Shown here: piece after piece, positions 19,160 to 29,319 of the stretch
Position numbering within the stretch: the stretch's first letter is position 1
Layout: each line of letters begins with the position of its first letter
Source of the DNA: Chthoniobacterales bacterium
GTDB taxonomy: Bacteria > Verrucomicrobiota > Verrucomicrobiia > Chthoniobacterales > Chthoniobacteraceae
DNA: 64,000 nucleotides
Direction: 5' to 3'
NCBI GenBank assembly: GCA_038207335.1
Contig: JBBQZX010000031.1
Coordinates: 9,507 to 73,506, forward strand
The notes under the pieces: generated by a model
What the model saw: only the letters and a program-made list of their open reading frames with translations
The model's database searches: none
Told to the model about the DNA's origin: nothing
Program-made: the position numbers and the translations under genes

Positions 19160-20653
19160 TCATTCCCCAGCGCCTGCAGACACTTTATATCCTTTGGTGA
19201 GTTCGGAAAATCGCTCCCGCATGGCTTTCAATCGCTCTGGCTGGCGGGTGGCCAGATTCGTGTGCTGCCCCACGTCCTTGTTGAGGTCATAGAGCTGCTC
19301 CTTCGGTGCGCCGGGATTGATCTGACCGCGCTCATCCACATCGCTGTTATGAAACTTCATCACCTGATAGCTCAGGCTCCAGGGTTTTTCCGGCTCGGGC
19401 GCGGTCTTGCCTCCCGAACCTTGATGCGGAATGTAGAGCCACGAACCCTGCCGCAGCGCGAGGCTGCGCGTGCCGTGCAAAATCGCTTCAGTGCGATTTA
19501 GCGGGGACTTAGTTGGATCGAGCAGCGCGGCGAGTTCCGAATGACCATCGGGTGAAGCGCCCGCGGGCACCGCCCCTCCGCCAGCCTCCGCGAGCGTAGC
19601 CATGAGATCGACTTGATGGAAAAACTCGTTTCGCTCGCTGTTCGCAGGAATTCGACCGGGCCAGCGCGCGAGAAGCGGCACGCGATGACCACCTTCCCAC
19701 ACATCGGTCTTCTGGCCTAGCAGCTCACCATTCGTGCGGTGTCCGGCACGCAATGCGGCTTGCTGATAACGGCCCGCATTGTCGCTGGTGAAGATGACGA
19801 GAGTGTTCTGCGCAAATCCTTGTTTCTCCAACGCATCCAGCACGCGACCTACACAATGATCGAGCTGCTGGACATAGTCGCCGTAAAGGCCCGCCTCGCT
19901 CTTGCCGCGGAACTCCGGTGCGGGATTGATCGTGTTATGCGGAGCTTCCCACGCCAGATACAAAAAGAACGGCTGTCCTGCTTTCTGGTCAGCGAAAAAC
20001 TTCTCAGCCTCATCCGCGAGGATCAGGTCCAGCTTGTCATCTGGGCGCAGTTCCATCGCCTTTTTGCCACCAATTTGTTTCCCATGCGCACCGGTGCCCG
20101 GCGAGTGATCTACGCTGATGGGATCGTCCTTTTCCAAGCCGAAAATCCAATGATCCCGCACGAAAACCAGCGGAGGCTCCGAGTGCGTTCGCGGCGTGCC
20201 GAAATAGGAATCGAAGCCAAACTCCAGCGGCCCCGGTTTCAATTCCGCATTCCAGTTTACGGTCATGCTCGTGCCGAAGCCATTGTGCCATTTGCCGAGC
20301 GCGGCGGTGCGATAGCCCGCTGACTTCAGGACCATCGGCAGCAGGACTTGGCCGGGGTCGAAGTTGCAAGCGTAGTCCATTGAGCGCCCGATTCGGAAAG
20401 CATAGCGACCCGTGAGGAGGGAGTATCGCGAAGGCATGCAGATGCCACTGAAGGAGTGCGCGTCAGTGAAGCGCGCCCCGTCGCGGGCAAGCGAGTCAAT
20501 GCGCGGCGTGGCGATCTTCGTCGCGCCGTAGCTGCTGAGATCGCGATAGCCTAAGTCATCCGCCACCATGAGTAAGATGTTCGGCTTCTCGGCGGCATGC
20601 GCGGTGAGAGTGCCGGCCACGAGAGCTGCGAGAATGAACAGGTTGCGTTTCAT
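19160..20653 (-). CDS. Sulfatase (S1 family, arylsulfatase-like)
   Basis: KPNILLMVADDLGY, CMPSRYSLLTGR, GKWH, TSDN, EGGHRVP. Confidence 0.93.
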   Translation of the reverse strand: MKRNLFILAALVAGTLTAHAAEKPNILLMVADDLGYRDLSSYGATKIATPRIDSLARDGARFTDAHSFSGICMPSRYSLLTGRYAFRIGRSMDYACNFDPGQVLLPMVLKSAGYRTAALGKWHNGFGTSMTVNWNAELKPGPLEFGFDSYFGTPRTHSEPPLVFVRDHWIFGLEKDDPISVDHSPGTGAHGKQIGGKKAMELRPDDKLDLILADEAEKFFADQKAGQPFFLYLAWEAPHNTINPAPEFRGKSEAGLYGDYVQQLDHCVGRVLDALEKQGFAQNTLVIFTSDNAGRYQQAALRAGHRTNGELLGQKTDVWEGGHRVPLLARWPGRIPANSERNEFFHQVDLMATLAEAGGGAVPAGASPDGHSELAALLDPTKSPLNRTEAILHGTRSLALRQGSWLYIPHQGSGGKTAPEPEKPWSLSYQVMKFHNSDVDERGQINPGAPKEQLYDLNKDVGQHTNLATRQPERLKAMRERFSELTKGYKVSAGAGE

Positions 20654-21390
20654 CGTTTGGCGGTGGGTTTTGATGAAGATCGCCCCGGCAGCGGGCCCCA
20701 GATTTCTGCCATGAGCGCGAAAATTTCGGGCTCGTCCCGCTTCAGTTCACCGGCGACGAAGGGGTAGAAATCATTCGAGCCGAAGTAGCTCTCAGTCATC
20801 TCGGCAAAGAACTCCTTTGCGTTGTTCAGCGCGTAGTGTTCGCGCATCGGACCGGGGCTGGTGAGCACGGATTTGTATTTCCCGCTGTCACAAAACTTCT
20901 TCCAGGCAGCCGTCACGCGCTCATCGTCGAAGCCGAGCACTTGATCGTGATAACCATGCGCCAGTTCGTGCAGCACGACCCATGGCATCCGGTGATTTTC
21001 AAACGGCGAGAGAAACTGCTCCGCGTCGGGAATGTGGACGCACCTCGCCAGCGTCTCGCTGTAGCCATGGTCCTTTAGCCAGTCCGCATCCGGATGATAC
21101 TGCATGATGCGAAGGTCGCCGTAATCGAGGTCGAGTTCGATGGTGATCTCGCGCAGTTTCGCGAGCGCCTTTTCCGGCACGACGACTGTGATGGCGACGA
21201 GCCGAGCGGTGAGCAGTTTTACGGCGCGCTCGCCGAGCACTGCCCCTTCGCCTTTGAGCAAGCGGTCATCCACCCGCACGCTCCAGCCTTCGATGTCGCG
21301 CGTGGTGTGGGCGGTGGGTAGTGCGGGCGGGTCGGCGGCAAATGTGCGAACGCACAGCAGCGTGAGGAGTGAGATAAGGATGGTTTTCAT
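20650..21390 (-). CDS. Exported zinc metallopeptidase (gluzincin-like)
   Basis: VLHELAHGYH plus downstream N.KEFFAE third ligand; signal peptide. Confidence 0.8.
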   Translation of the reverse strand: MKTILISLLTLLCVRTFAADPPALPTAHTTRDIEGWSVRVDDRLLKGEGAVLGERAVKLLTARLVAITVVVPEKALAKLREITIELDLDYGDLRIMQYHPDADWLKDHGYSETLARCVHIPDAEQFLSPFENHRMPWVVLHELAHGYHDQVLGFDDERVTAAWKKFCDSGKYKSVLTSPGPMREHYALNNAKEFFAEMTESYFGSNDFYPFVAGELKRDEPEIFALMAEIWGPLPGRSSSKPTAKR

Positions 21391-21438
21391 TGGGAGGTTA
21401 GTAAGGCGGAAGGAGCCATGCGTGATCGGTTGTGGGTT

Positions 21439-23883
21439 TTAACGAGCCGACGGGCGCGCTTTGAACTCCGCGAGGCTCACCAGCGTCGGCGTGGCACTGC
21501 TCGATTCGATGGCGGCGATGCATTGGTCCATTTGGTCCACTTCCTCGCTTTTTTTAACCTGCTTGCCGGCCGCGGCGACGAGTTGAGCGCGGACTTCCTT
21601 CAACTGCGGCAGGACGGCCTTCGCGTGGGTGCCATAGCGTTGGAGGTATTCGAGGCATTTGCCAACACGTTTACCCGCGCCCCAGCGGGCAGGTTCGACC
21701 ACGGATACACACAGCGCCATCCCTTCGCGGATGTGCAGGCGCGAGAAAAGGTCGAGGCCGGCGAGGCGGATGCCATCACCGAACATTTCGTCGCTCGGCG
21801 CGAGCCGCTCGACGGCCTTGGCGATGGCGGGCAGCAGTTCCACGAGGTCACTGTCGGTCAGGTCGCCGAGAACCTTTCCCACCGAGCCGCGGGCGACACT
21901 GTCTTCGTTTTGCAGCAGCGATTGCACGGCGGGGTAGAGGAGTTTGCGGTCCACGCCCTCGAGTGATTCGGCGAGGATGCTCTTTGGCCCACGGGAGCCG
22001 GGGTAGGGCGAGAAGAGCGCCACGGCGGCGGCGCGCTGCACCATGCGACGCGGGTCGGCGGGGTTCGGGCGCACAGTCATGGCAAGCAGGTCGCTCACGC
22101 TGGCTTTGCGCGCTTCGGCACCGAGATTGGGCAGGGCTTCGGCGGCCAGGCTTTGCAGCCACGGGTCCGGGTCTTTGAGCGCGGCGCGCAGTTGCGGCGC
22201 GGCGGCATCGGAGCGCGGTCCGAGCGCGCCCAAGGCTTCGCAGGCTCCGTAACGGGCGTCGCGGCGGTCGCTGGCGAGCAGCTTGAGCAAGGCCGGGGTG
22301 AAATCGTCCGGCTTCTTCCCCAGTGCGGCGGAGGAACGCAGGCGCACCGCGGGGGACCAGCTTGACAGCCCGGCGAGCAGTTGCTGCGGCGTACGCCGGT
22401 CGTAGCCGTTCTCGGCATTCTTGTATGGGTAGTCGCGTCCGGCGGCGATGACCTCGGCAACTTGCGCGGCGTTGAGAGCCGGAACGCAGAACGGTTTTTT
22501 GCCGGTGATGCGGAGGCTTTTCAGCGGTAAAGCGTAGGCCAGCAGATAGCCGCCCGAGCAGTCCCAGCCGGTGTAGTTGCCATGCTCCTCCTCGCCGACC
22601 GGCGCGCCTTGATAGAGCCAGCTCGTGTTCCAGCCGCGCGCGAGGTCGTAGTACCACGCCTGTTCCTTCAAATAAGCGCCCGTGGCCAGCGGACCGAGGC
22701 GCGCCACGCCGGGCAGCGCCCAGAGCACGTTGAAAAAATTGCCCGTGTGCCCGCGCTCGCGCTCGCTGTAGGCGGCGGTGGACATCTTCCCGAAAAACTC
22801 CGTCGCCTCGCGGTCGCCGAGCAGATCGTAGAGCACCGCTGCGCTGGAGCACTTGCCATTGTCCTCGTGCGCGGGAAACGGCGAGTGGTCGCCATAGGGC
22901 ACCGCGCCTTTGTCCACATACCAGCGGAGGAAGCCCGCCGCCTTCGCGATGGCGCTGTCCAGCACAGGGTCTTTCACGCCGGCCTCGCGGGCCAGCACCA
23001 TGCCGATGCACAGACTGAGGCCCGGCTGGTTCATGCTGCCGTAGCCGTTCAGGTTCCCGCTCGGCAGGGCGAATTTGTGCCCCCACGTTCCGACAGCGCT
23101 CTGGCCATGGGCCGACTCCATCGCGAGCCGTTTCAGGCCGGGCATGATGGCCTGATCCCCGGTCGCCATTTCATACTCCGCCAGAAACGTGAGGATGTAC
23201 CCGTAATACCAAGTCGCGAAACCATCGGTCGAAAAGTCCGCCGCCCAGCGCGCCTCTTTCTGGAGCATTGGCAGATACTCCTTGCTCCCGCTAGCCAGCA
23301 GCGCGAGCGCATTGAGCGAACGCGGAATCGCATTCAGGCCGCGCATGTAATCCGGCCCGGCCATCCGTCGCGCGAGCGACGCGCAGCCCAGTTCGAAAAT
23401 GCGCTTCGATTTCGGGCAATCATACGGAGCAGTGGCGCTGTAGCTGCCGAGCACCGGCAGCGTCACCACGACCTCCTCCGACTTCCCCGCGCGCCAGCGC
23501 AGCAGCCGGAGCTTTCCGCCGCCCTTCTCCGTCTCCGCTGCCCCGATGGCGCTGGCAAACTGAATGCGCGCATCGCCGGAAAAGCTCTTCCCCTCCACGC
23601 CGAGAATCACATCCCCGATGCCCAGCACGACCGCCGCTGGGGAGCCCTTCGCCACGGCCGTCACGAGAATCTGGCGCGCCTCAGCCGAGTGGCCGTTGTT
23701 CGTGAAAATCCAGCCCCGCGCCCCGGTCGGCCCGAGCGTCCAGTCGTGCGGCCCATCCTTCGCGACGGTGTCGCCCTTGGTGAAGTCGGGCATCGCCATC
23801 GCCTTTTCTTTGCCCGCGGCGATAGCAGGAACTGGCGCCGCGATGATGGCGGCGAGCGCGAGCGAAAGGAGGACGGTTTGCAT
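21439..23883 (-). CDS. Exported DUF6288-like protein (PDZ-like + alpha/alpha barrel + HEAT repeats)
   Basis: HDWTLGPTGARGW, V.KGSPA..VL..GDVILG (PDZ-like), GYGSMNQPG, HEDNGK, HEAT-like repeats; family name from recall. Confidence 0.7.
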   Translation of the reverse strand: MQTVLLSLALAAIIAAPVPAIAAGKEKAMAMPDFTKGDTVAKDGPHDWTLGPTGARGWIFTNNGHSAEARQILVTAVAKGSPAAVVLGIGDVILGVEGKSFSGDARIQFASAIGAAETEKGGGKLRLLRWRAGKSEEVVVTLPVLGSYSATAPYDCPKSKRIFELGCASLARRMAGPDYMRGLNAIPRSLNALALLASGSKEYLPMLQKEARWAADFSTDGFATWYYGYILTFLAEYEMATGDQAIMPGLKRLAMESAHGQSAVGTWGHKFALPSGNLNGYGSMNQPGLSLCIGMVLAREAGVKDPVLDSAIAKAAGFLRWYVDKGAVPYGDHSPFPAHEDNGKCSSAAVLYDLLGDREATEFFGKMSTAAYSERERGHTGNFFNVLWALPGVARLGPLATGAYLKEQAWYYDLARGWNTSWLYQGAPVGEEEHGNYTGWDCSGGYLLAYALPLKSLRITGKKPFCVPALNAAQVAEVIAAGRDYPYKNAENGYDRRTPQQLLAGLSSWSPAVRLRSSAALGKKPDDFTPALLKLLASDRRDARYGACEALGALGPRSDAAAPQLRAALKDPDPWLQSLAAEALPNLGAEARKASVSDLLAMTVRPNPADPRRMVQRAAAVALFSPYPGSRGPKSILAESLEGVDRKLLYPAVQSLLQNEDSVARGSVGKVLGDLTDSDLVELLPAIAKAVERLAPSDEMFGDGIRLAGLDLFSRLHIREGMALCVSVVEPARWGAGKRVGKCLEYLQRYGTHAKAVLPQLKEVRAQLVAAAGKQVKKSEEVDQMDQCIAAIESSSATPTLVSLAEFKARPSAR

Positions 23884-25094
23884 CAGTTTGCCTTTTTGAG
23901 GTGCTTGAGTTCAGGCATCGCTTCGGCCAAGCCCTTGCCGACGCCGCCGAGGATTTTCGCCGAACCTAGGTAGTGGAATTCAAAGTTCGAGATGCCTTTC
24001 TCCATTACCAGTCGCTCGCGCTCGGTGAGACCTTCCACACACAGTTTCTCCACCAATGCCTTCTCCTCGGCGGGTGTCATCTTGCCGTCAGTCGCGAGCT
24101 TCTTGGCCTGTTGCTTAATCGCGTTTTCTTTCGCCTTCGCGGCGCTCAGTTCGCGGTCCCAATACTTCTCCGACAGCACCGTCGCGACGTTCCCCTTGAA
24201 CTCCGGCAACAACGCCGCCGCTGCCATCGCGTCGCGGAAGTTTTGGTGCCCCGCTTTGTAACGCTGTTGGTCGGGTCCATAGTCCGCGGTCGGCCCGCCC
24301 ACGCCGAGCACGCCGATGACGAACGGCAGCTTCGGCGCGTTCAAATCCTTCCGCACGTCGCGGATGAAGTCAGCCATCACCGTGCTGTAGGCATCGTAGC
24401 CGCCGGGCTTGTCGCGCAGCGGATAGGTGTCACCGTCCACCATGTCGTTCCAACCCTGGAACCACGCGAATCCCGCCAGTTCGTAGCCCTGCGCCGCGTC
24501 GTAGCTGGGCACCACACGCTTCAGGTCGCCGAGCACCATTTTCACATGCTCGACCATGAGCCGGTAAAACACGCCCGTCGCCGCCACCTTCTCCGCTTTC
24601 ATTGCCGCCACGTCCTTGCCCTTCTTTGTAAAAGCCGCGAGCTGCGCCTCGCTGAACACATACGGTCCCGCGCTCGGCGGACGGAAATCCGTGTTCAGAC
24701 TCTTGCCACCCCACGAGGTCTTGATGAGCAAAATGGGTGAGTCCGTGAACTTCTCCATGTAAATCCCGAACGTGAACTCCGGCCCGATTTTCGGTCCGGC
24801 GTTCGACGCACCAAAGCCCGCCGTCAGCTTCCCCGTCTGTTCGACCTTCTCCTCCGCCCCGCAGCCGATGGACGAAATCCACACGCGGTCGCAGACCTTC
24901 GGCTTCCCATCCGCGCCCAGCATTTCCGCGAGCATCGGCTTCGTCGCCGGATCCATGCCGATGTGCTCGAAGGTGGTGACCTTGGCATGGCCCTGCATGT
25001 TCGATTGCCCGGCGAGGATGAAGACTTGCAGCGGCTTCGCGTGAAGCTGAGCCGCGAGGACGAGTGTGGTGACCAATGTAATAGCGATTTTCAT
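23883..25094 (-). CDS. Sialate O-acetylesterase-like (SASA/SGNH) esterase
   Basis: VFILAGQSNMQG, IGPEFTFG, IKTSWGG, WFQGWND, FHYLG. Confidence 0.88.
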   Translation of the reverse strand: MKIAITLVTTLVLAAQLHAKPLQVFILAGQSNMQGHAKVTTFEHIGMDPATKPMLAEMLGADGKPKVCDRVWISSIGCGAEEKVEQTGKLTAGFGASNAGPKIGPEFTFGIYMEKFTDSPILLIKTSWGGKSLNTDFRPPSAGPYVFSEAQLAAFTKKGKDVAAMKAEKVAATGVFYRLMVEHVKMVLGDLKRVVPSYDAAQGYELAGFAWFQGWNDMVDGDTYPLRDKPGGYDAYSTVMADFIRDVRKDLNAPKLPFVIGVLGVGGPTADYGPDQQRYKAGHQNFRDAMAAAALLPEFKGNVATVLSEKYWDRELSAAKAKENAIKQQAKKLATDGKMTPAEEKALVEKLCVEGLTERERLVMEKGISNFEFHYLGSAKILGGVGKGLAEAMPELKHLKKAN

Positions 25095-25924
25095 GGAGTT
25101 GTGGTGGTTGGTTGCAGAATGACGGAGCGGATTTTTCTGCGGGAGCTTGCTGTAACAATCGTTCGGCGCATCGCCTGCTTGGTGATCGTGAGATCATCGA
25201 CATAGATCCAGTTGTCCGACGTGATCTCGGGGTGGCGATACATGCCCAGCTTCAAGTAGTGCTGATTGTCATTGTGCATGTTCGGGCCCTCGAGCACCGC
25301 AGCGGGTTTTTCCATGTCATCGAAGAAGACGGTGGCCTTGCCATCGACTTTCCGTGACCAGTAAATTTCCAGGGCGACGCTGTGCCATTTGCCGGACTCG
25401 AGGAATAGCGGGCCGCGTTTCTGGGATTGATCCAGACCGTAGGCGATGGCGATGGCTAGCTTGCCCTGCAATTCACCGATACTGAGCAACACCGGCAGGC
25501 TCTTAGATGCGAAGGCTTCCCACTTCTCACCGCGATTCTTGTCTGGCTGATCGTGCCACTGGCCGATGAGCCACCAGCGATTCTTCGGTGCATCGGATTG
25601 AAACCCCTTCGGCACCATAAAACGCCATGCGTAGCGCACCGTGTCGCCCTGGTGGTGCGGGTAATCCACACTGACCTCGGCAGGGATGCCGCCATGGAGT
25701 TTCTTCTGGCCTGGAAAAACGTGCAGCCCGAGATACTGGTCAGTGCCCTCGCCCACTATCGCGATGTTCTCGATGGCAGACATGTCAACATGCGCAAACT
25801 CCAGCAGGGTCTCCGGCATGATGCAGCGCAGGTAGCTGAGTTCCTTCTCTCGATCGCTAGGGGACGTGGCCTCGCTACAGACGGAAGCAAGCAAGGAGGC
25901 GAGGACAAACAAGACACGGGTCAC
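25091..25924 (-). CDS. Polysaccharide lyase-like jelly-roll protein (heparin lyase I-like), possibly decaying
   Basis: Y.W.F..P..F, WLIGQWH, GKWH.V, YLKLGMYR, IYVDD; start uncertain (GTG 25924 or 25954); ~30-aa unstructured tail. Confidence 0.65.
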   Translation of the reverse strand: MTRVLFVLASLLASVCSEATSPSDREKELSYLRCIMPETLLEFAHVDMSAIENIAIVGEGTDQYLGLHVFPGQKKLHGGIPAEVSVDYPHHQGDTVRYAWRFMVPKGFQSDAPKNRWWLIGQWHDQPDKNRGEKWEAFASKSLPVLLSIGELQGKLAIAIAYGLDQSQKRGPLFLESGKWHSVALEIYWSRKVDGKATVFFDDMEKPAAVLEGPNMHNDNQHYLKLGMYRHPEITSDNWIYVDDLTITKQAMRRTIVTASSRRKIRSVILQPTTTTP

Positions 25925-25988
25925 CTGACGACTTAGGATGGGGACGATCTTCACGGGGCTACGATGACGAAGGCTGGCCGTGAGAGCG

Positions 25989-26966
25989 TCAGGGTTTCGA
26001 GCTCCTGAGTTTTGCGATGAGGAACTGGATCGGATCGGGATAAGCCACATCCATTGCACCGGGATACATTAGGTAACTCTCGACGGGGACTTCCTTGAGC
26101 CGCTCCTGGAGCTTGAGGCCGAAGTTCGCGGTATGAGTCGGGTCTTTCTGAGCCTTCCCGATTTCCGGTTTTACCGTGTAGTAGAGGAAGACCGGTGGAT
26201 CGTCGGGCGTGGCAAGTTCGTAGGGGGAGTATTCCCTGATCCACGGCAGGATTTTTTCACGGCCTTCGAGGAATTTCTGAAAGTTGGCGAAGCCGAAAGC
26301 GTGGCCGCCATAGACGCTGTTCGGCGTCCACTCGCGCATCTGCTGCGGGTCGAGCGAGGTCTGCGCGCCGAAGACTCCGGCGCAGGTGAGTCGCGTGGAT
26401 TCGCGGGCGATGGGATCGTCGCTTTTCAGATCGGCCATGTCCTCATGGAATGCGAGCCAGAGGCTGGAGCACGCACCCGCCGAGCCGCCGGATGCGCCGA
26501 TGCGGGTCTTGTCCAAATTCCAATCCGACGCCTTGCTGCGGACAAATTGCAACGCGCGGGCGGCGTCTTCGAGCGGCCATTTTACAGGAGGCTGCACACC
26601 TGCGGCGGTGGCTTCCTGGACGAAGCGGTAGTTGATCGAGACCACCGAGATGCCCGCTGCGAGATACGCTTTCACGCCAGTGACTTTGTTTTTGTCGTTA
26701 GACTTCCACGCGCCGCCGTGGATGAAAAAGACCAGCGGCGTGGGCTGCGCGGACTCGGCCTTCCAGAAGTCCATCACCTGCTTCTCGTGCTTGCCGTAAG
26801 GGACGTTGGCCAACGTCGGTGGCGTCGGATTTGGGTTCTCGCCTTCCGGCACCCAGAAGGGCGCGGGGCTGGCTTTTACTTTCCGCGTAACAGCGGGCGC
26901 TTGTGCACCGGCGCTGAGAGTCAGTGCGACGAGCGCGAGGACGAGTCGGGTTGTGGAGTTCATCAT
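25989..26966 (-). CDS. Exported alpha/beta hydrolase (HSL/BD-FAE-like esterase)
   Basis: FIHGGAW oxyanion motif, SINYR, GGSAG nucleophile elbow, DPTH. Confidence 0.85.
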   Translation of the reverse strand: MMNSTTRLVLALVALTLSAGAQAPAVTRKVKASPAPFWVPEGENPNPTPPTLANVPYGKHEKQVMDFWKAESAQPTPLVFFIHGGAWKSNDKNKVTGVKAYLAAGISVVSINYRFVQEATAAGVQPPVKWPLEDAARALQFVRSKASDWNLDKTRIGASGGSAGACSSLWLAFHEDMADLKSDDPIARESTRLTCAGVFGAQTSLDPQQMREWTPNSVYGGHAFGFANFQKFLEGREKILPWIREYSPYELATPDDPPVFLYYTVKPEIGKAQKDPTHTANFGLKLQERLKEVPVESYLMYPGAMDVAYPDPIQFLIAKLRSSKP

Positions 26967-28411
26967 TGGGTCGTGTTCATGCGCGCGTTCTCGCCCTGCC
27001 AGCCGGCGTCCAATTGTTTGGTGAACGTCTCCACGAGCGCGGCGTTTTCGGGCGCGGCGGCAATATTGGTGTTTTCCTGTGGGTCGGTTTGTTCGTCGTA
27101 AAGTTCTACCGCCTGCACCTTGGTGTGGTCCTTCGCATCCACCCATTGCGTGAAGCGATAACGCTCGGTGCGCATCGAGTAGCCCATGCGCCCGGCCTTG
27201 CTCGTGCCGCGTGGGTATTGGCTGAATGCGGCGGTTTTCCACGTTCTCTGTGGATCATCGAGGAGCGGCCGGAAGCTCCGCCCTTCCAAGTGCGCCGGCA
27301 GCGGGAGCCCAGCGAGGTCGGCGAGCGTGGGATAGACATCCACCAACTCCACGAGCGCGTCGCTTTGCTCGCCCGCGTGCTTCATGCCGGGCACGGAGAT
27401 CAAAAGCGGCACGCGCGTGTCATTCTCCACGTTGCTGTGCTTGGCCCATGCTTGATGCTCGCCCAGCTTCCAGCCGTGGTCGCCCCACAGGACGATGATG
27501 GTGTTTTCGCGCAGCCCAAGTTTTTCCAGCTCATCGAGCACGCGACCCACCTGGGCATCGACGTAACTCACTGCCGCGTAGTAGCCGTGCTTGAGCTCTC
27601 GCGCGTAAGCCTCCGGCACCTCGCCCGCGGGAGTCCCCGCATACGAGCGCAGCTCGGACGCGCCGTGGACGATCGCCCAAGGCGGCGCGCCTTTGGGCGG
27701 AAACGGGTTCGGAGCGAGCGGGATTTTGGCGCGATCGTAGAGGTCCCAGTATTTGCTCGGCGAAATAAACGGGAGATGCGGGCGGATGAAGCCGACGCCG
27801 AGGAAGAAGGGCTGCGCTTTCGACTTCAGTTCGCGCAAAGCAGTGACAGCCATTCCGGCGAGTTCGCCATCGTGCAGCGCGTCGTCAGGCACGTCCACTT
27901 TTCCCACTGCGGGGCCGCGCTTTTCGGCCTTCGTGGCTTTGGGATCCTCCGATTGGAGTTCACGCATGATCGGTGCCTTGGGAAACGTGGTCGGCACAGA
28001 CCACGATGCGGGATCGTCCAATCCGTGGTGGTATATTTTCCCCATCGCTTGCGTGAAGTATCCCGCGTTTTTGAAATGCTGCGGGAGCGTGACGACATCT
28101 GGCAGCGCCTTGCGGAAGTGCGTGGTGAGGTCCCACACCTTCGTCGTATCCGGACGCGTCCCCGTGAGCAGGCTGGAGCGCGATGGTGAGCAAACAGCCT
28201 GCTGGCAGTAGGCGCGGTTCATCAGCAATCCTTGCTTCGCGAGCCGGTCAATGTTCGGACTTTTGATGATCGGGTTGCCGTAGCAGCCCAGCTCCGGGCG
28301 AAGGTCATCCACCGCGATGAAAAGGACGTTTAGCCGTTTCGCGGGCGCGGCCTCCTCGGCACGGAGGGCTGCGGTGAAGGCGACGGCGAGAAGGAGGAGC
28401 AGCGTTCGCAT
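26963..28411 (-). CDS. Sulfatase (iduronate-2-sulfatase-like)
   Basis: NVLFIAVDDLRPELGCYG, QQAVCSPSRSSLLTG, GKIYH, RPHLPF, WGDHGW. Confidence 0.93.
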   Translation of the reverse strand: MRTLLLLLAVAFTAALRAEEAAPAKRLNVLFIAVDDLRPELGCYGNPIIKSPNIDRLAKQGLLMNRAYCQQAVCSPSRSSLLTGTRPDTTKVWDLTTHFRKALPDVVTLPQHFKNAGYFTQAMGKIYHHGLDDPASWSVPTTFPKAPIMRELQSEDPKATKAEKRGPAVGKVDVPDDALHDGELAGMAVTALRELKSKAQPFFLGVGFIRPHLPFISPSKYWDLYDRAKIPLAPNPFPPKGAPPWAIVHGASELRSYAGTPAGEVPEAYARELKHGYYAAVSYVDAQVGRVLDELEKLGLRENTIIVLWGDHGWKLGEHQAWAKHSNVENDTRVPLLISVPGMKHAGEQSDALVELVDVYPTLADLAGLPLPAHLEGRSFRPLLDDPQRTWKTAAFSQYPRGTSKAGRMGYSMRTERYRFTQWVDAKDHTKVQAVELYDEQTDPQENTNIAAAPENAALVETFTKQLDAGWQGENARMNTTQ

Positions 28412-28418
28412 AGGTTAT

Positions 28419-29243
28419 TTAGTTTTTACGGGGGCCGGGCTTGGGCGGCGTGATTGCCTGAATCCCGCTGAACCAAGTCCCGGCCATGAGGTCATACACG
28501 GCGTTGGTCGGATGGTTGATGCCGTTGGAAAATCGGCCGTCCTCAATCGACGTCGCGTCTTCCGGATTCTTAAGGAAATGCGCGTATTGATTCACCATCG
28601 AGATACTCCGGCCCTCCCCACGATATTTCGGGACGAGCTTCGCAGCGATGAAGTCGTTGAAGCTGCGGATGCTGGCATTCTGCGCGGTGAAGCTGGAGGA
28701 CTTCGGCGTGATCTGCGCAACGATGAGCTTCACGCCCGGCTTCGCTTTGAAGATCGCCTCGACCAGCGCGTCCAGCTCCGCAGGGCTGCCGGGGCCGATG
28801 CCGTTGATGCCGATGAGCAGCAGGATGATGTCAGGATTATCCGCCGCGATGAACCCGGCAACCGCGCCGGTGACTTGGGGAATCCGATAGCCGCCATAGC
28901 CGCGATGTGCATCCTGCTCGATGGTGCGCAGATCAAAGGAAGGACTCACCGTACCGCCGCGCGTCGGGTCGCTGTAATTACTCACCCACGGCTCGGACGA
29001 TGCGCCTACAAACACGAAGTCGTAGCCCGCCTCGTGCAGCAAATGGTAAAGCTGTTTACGGTATCCGAATTCAAACGGCACCGTCCAGCCGCCCCCGCCT
29101 CTGCGCGCATTATCCGTATAGCCCGCAGTGATGGAATCGCCGAGCGGCATGATGCGAAGCGGAGCCGCCGAAGCGGGCCGCATAGCCACAAGGACAAGCA
29201 GCAGCAGCATTCGCCGCAAAATAGAGGCGACTCGAGAACTCAT
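28419..29243 (-). CDS. SGNH/GDSL hydrolase
   Basis: IMPLGDSITAG, H.GYGGY, LLIGIN, NHP; start uncertain. Confidence 0.82.
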   Translation of the reverse strand: MSSRVASILRRMLLLLVLVAMRPASAAPLRIMPLGDSITAGYTDNARRGGGGWTVPFEFGYRKQLYHLLHEAGYDFVFVGASSEPWVSNYSDPTRGGTVSPSFDLRTIEQDAHRGYGGYRIPQVTGAVAGFIAADNPDIILLLIGINGIGPGSPAELDALVEAIFKAKPGVKLIVAQITPKSSSFTAQNASIRSFNDFIAAKLVPKYRGEGRSISMVNQYAHFLKNPEDATSIEDGRFSNGINHPTNAVYDLMAGTWFSGIQAITPPKPGPRKN

Positions 29244-29319
29244 AGGGCTGTGGAAGTAGTCAATAATCACAAGGAATTGCGCGGAGCGGCTGGCCGCGAT
29301 CTACGCTCGACCGGCATGC

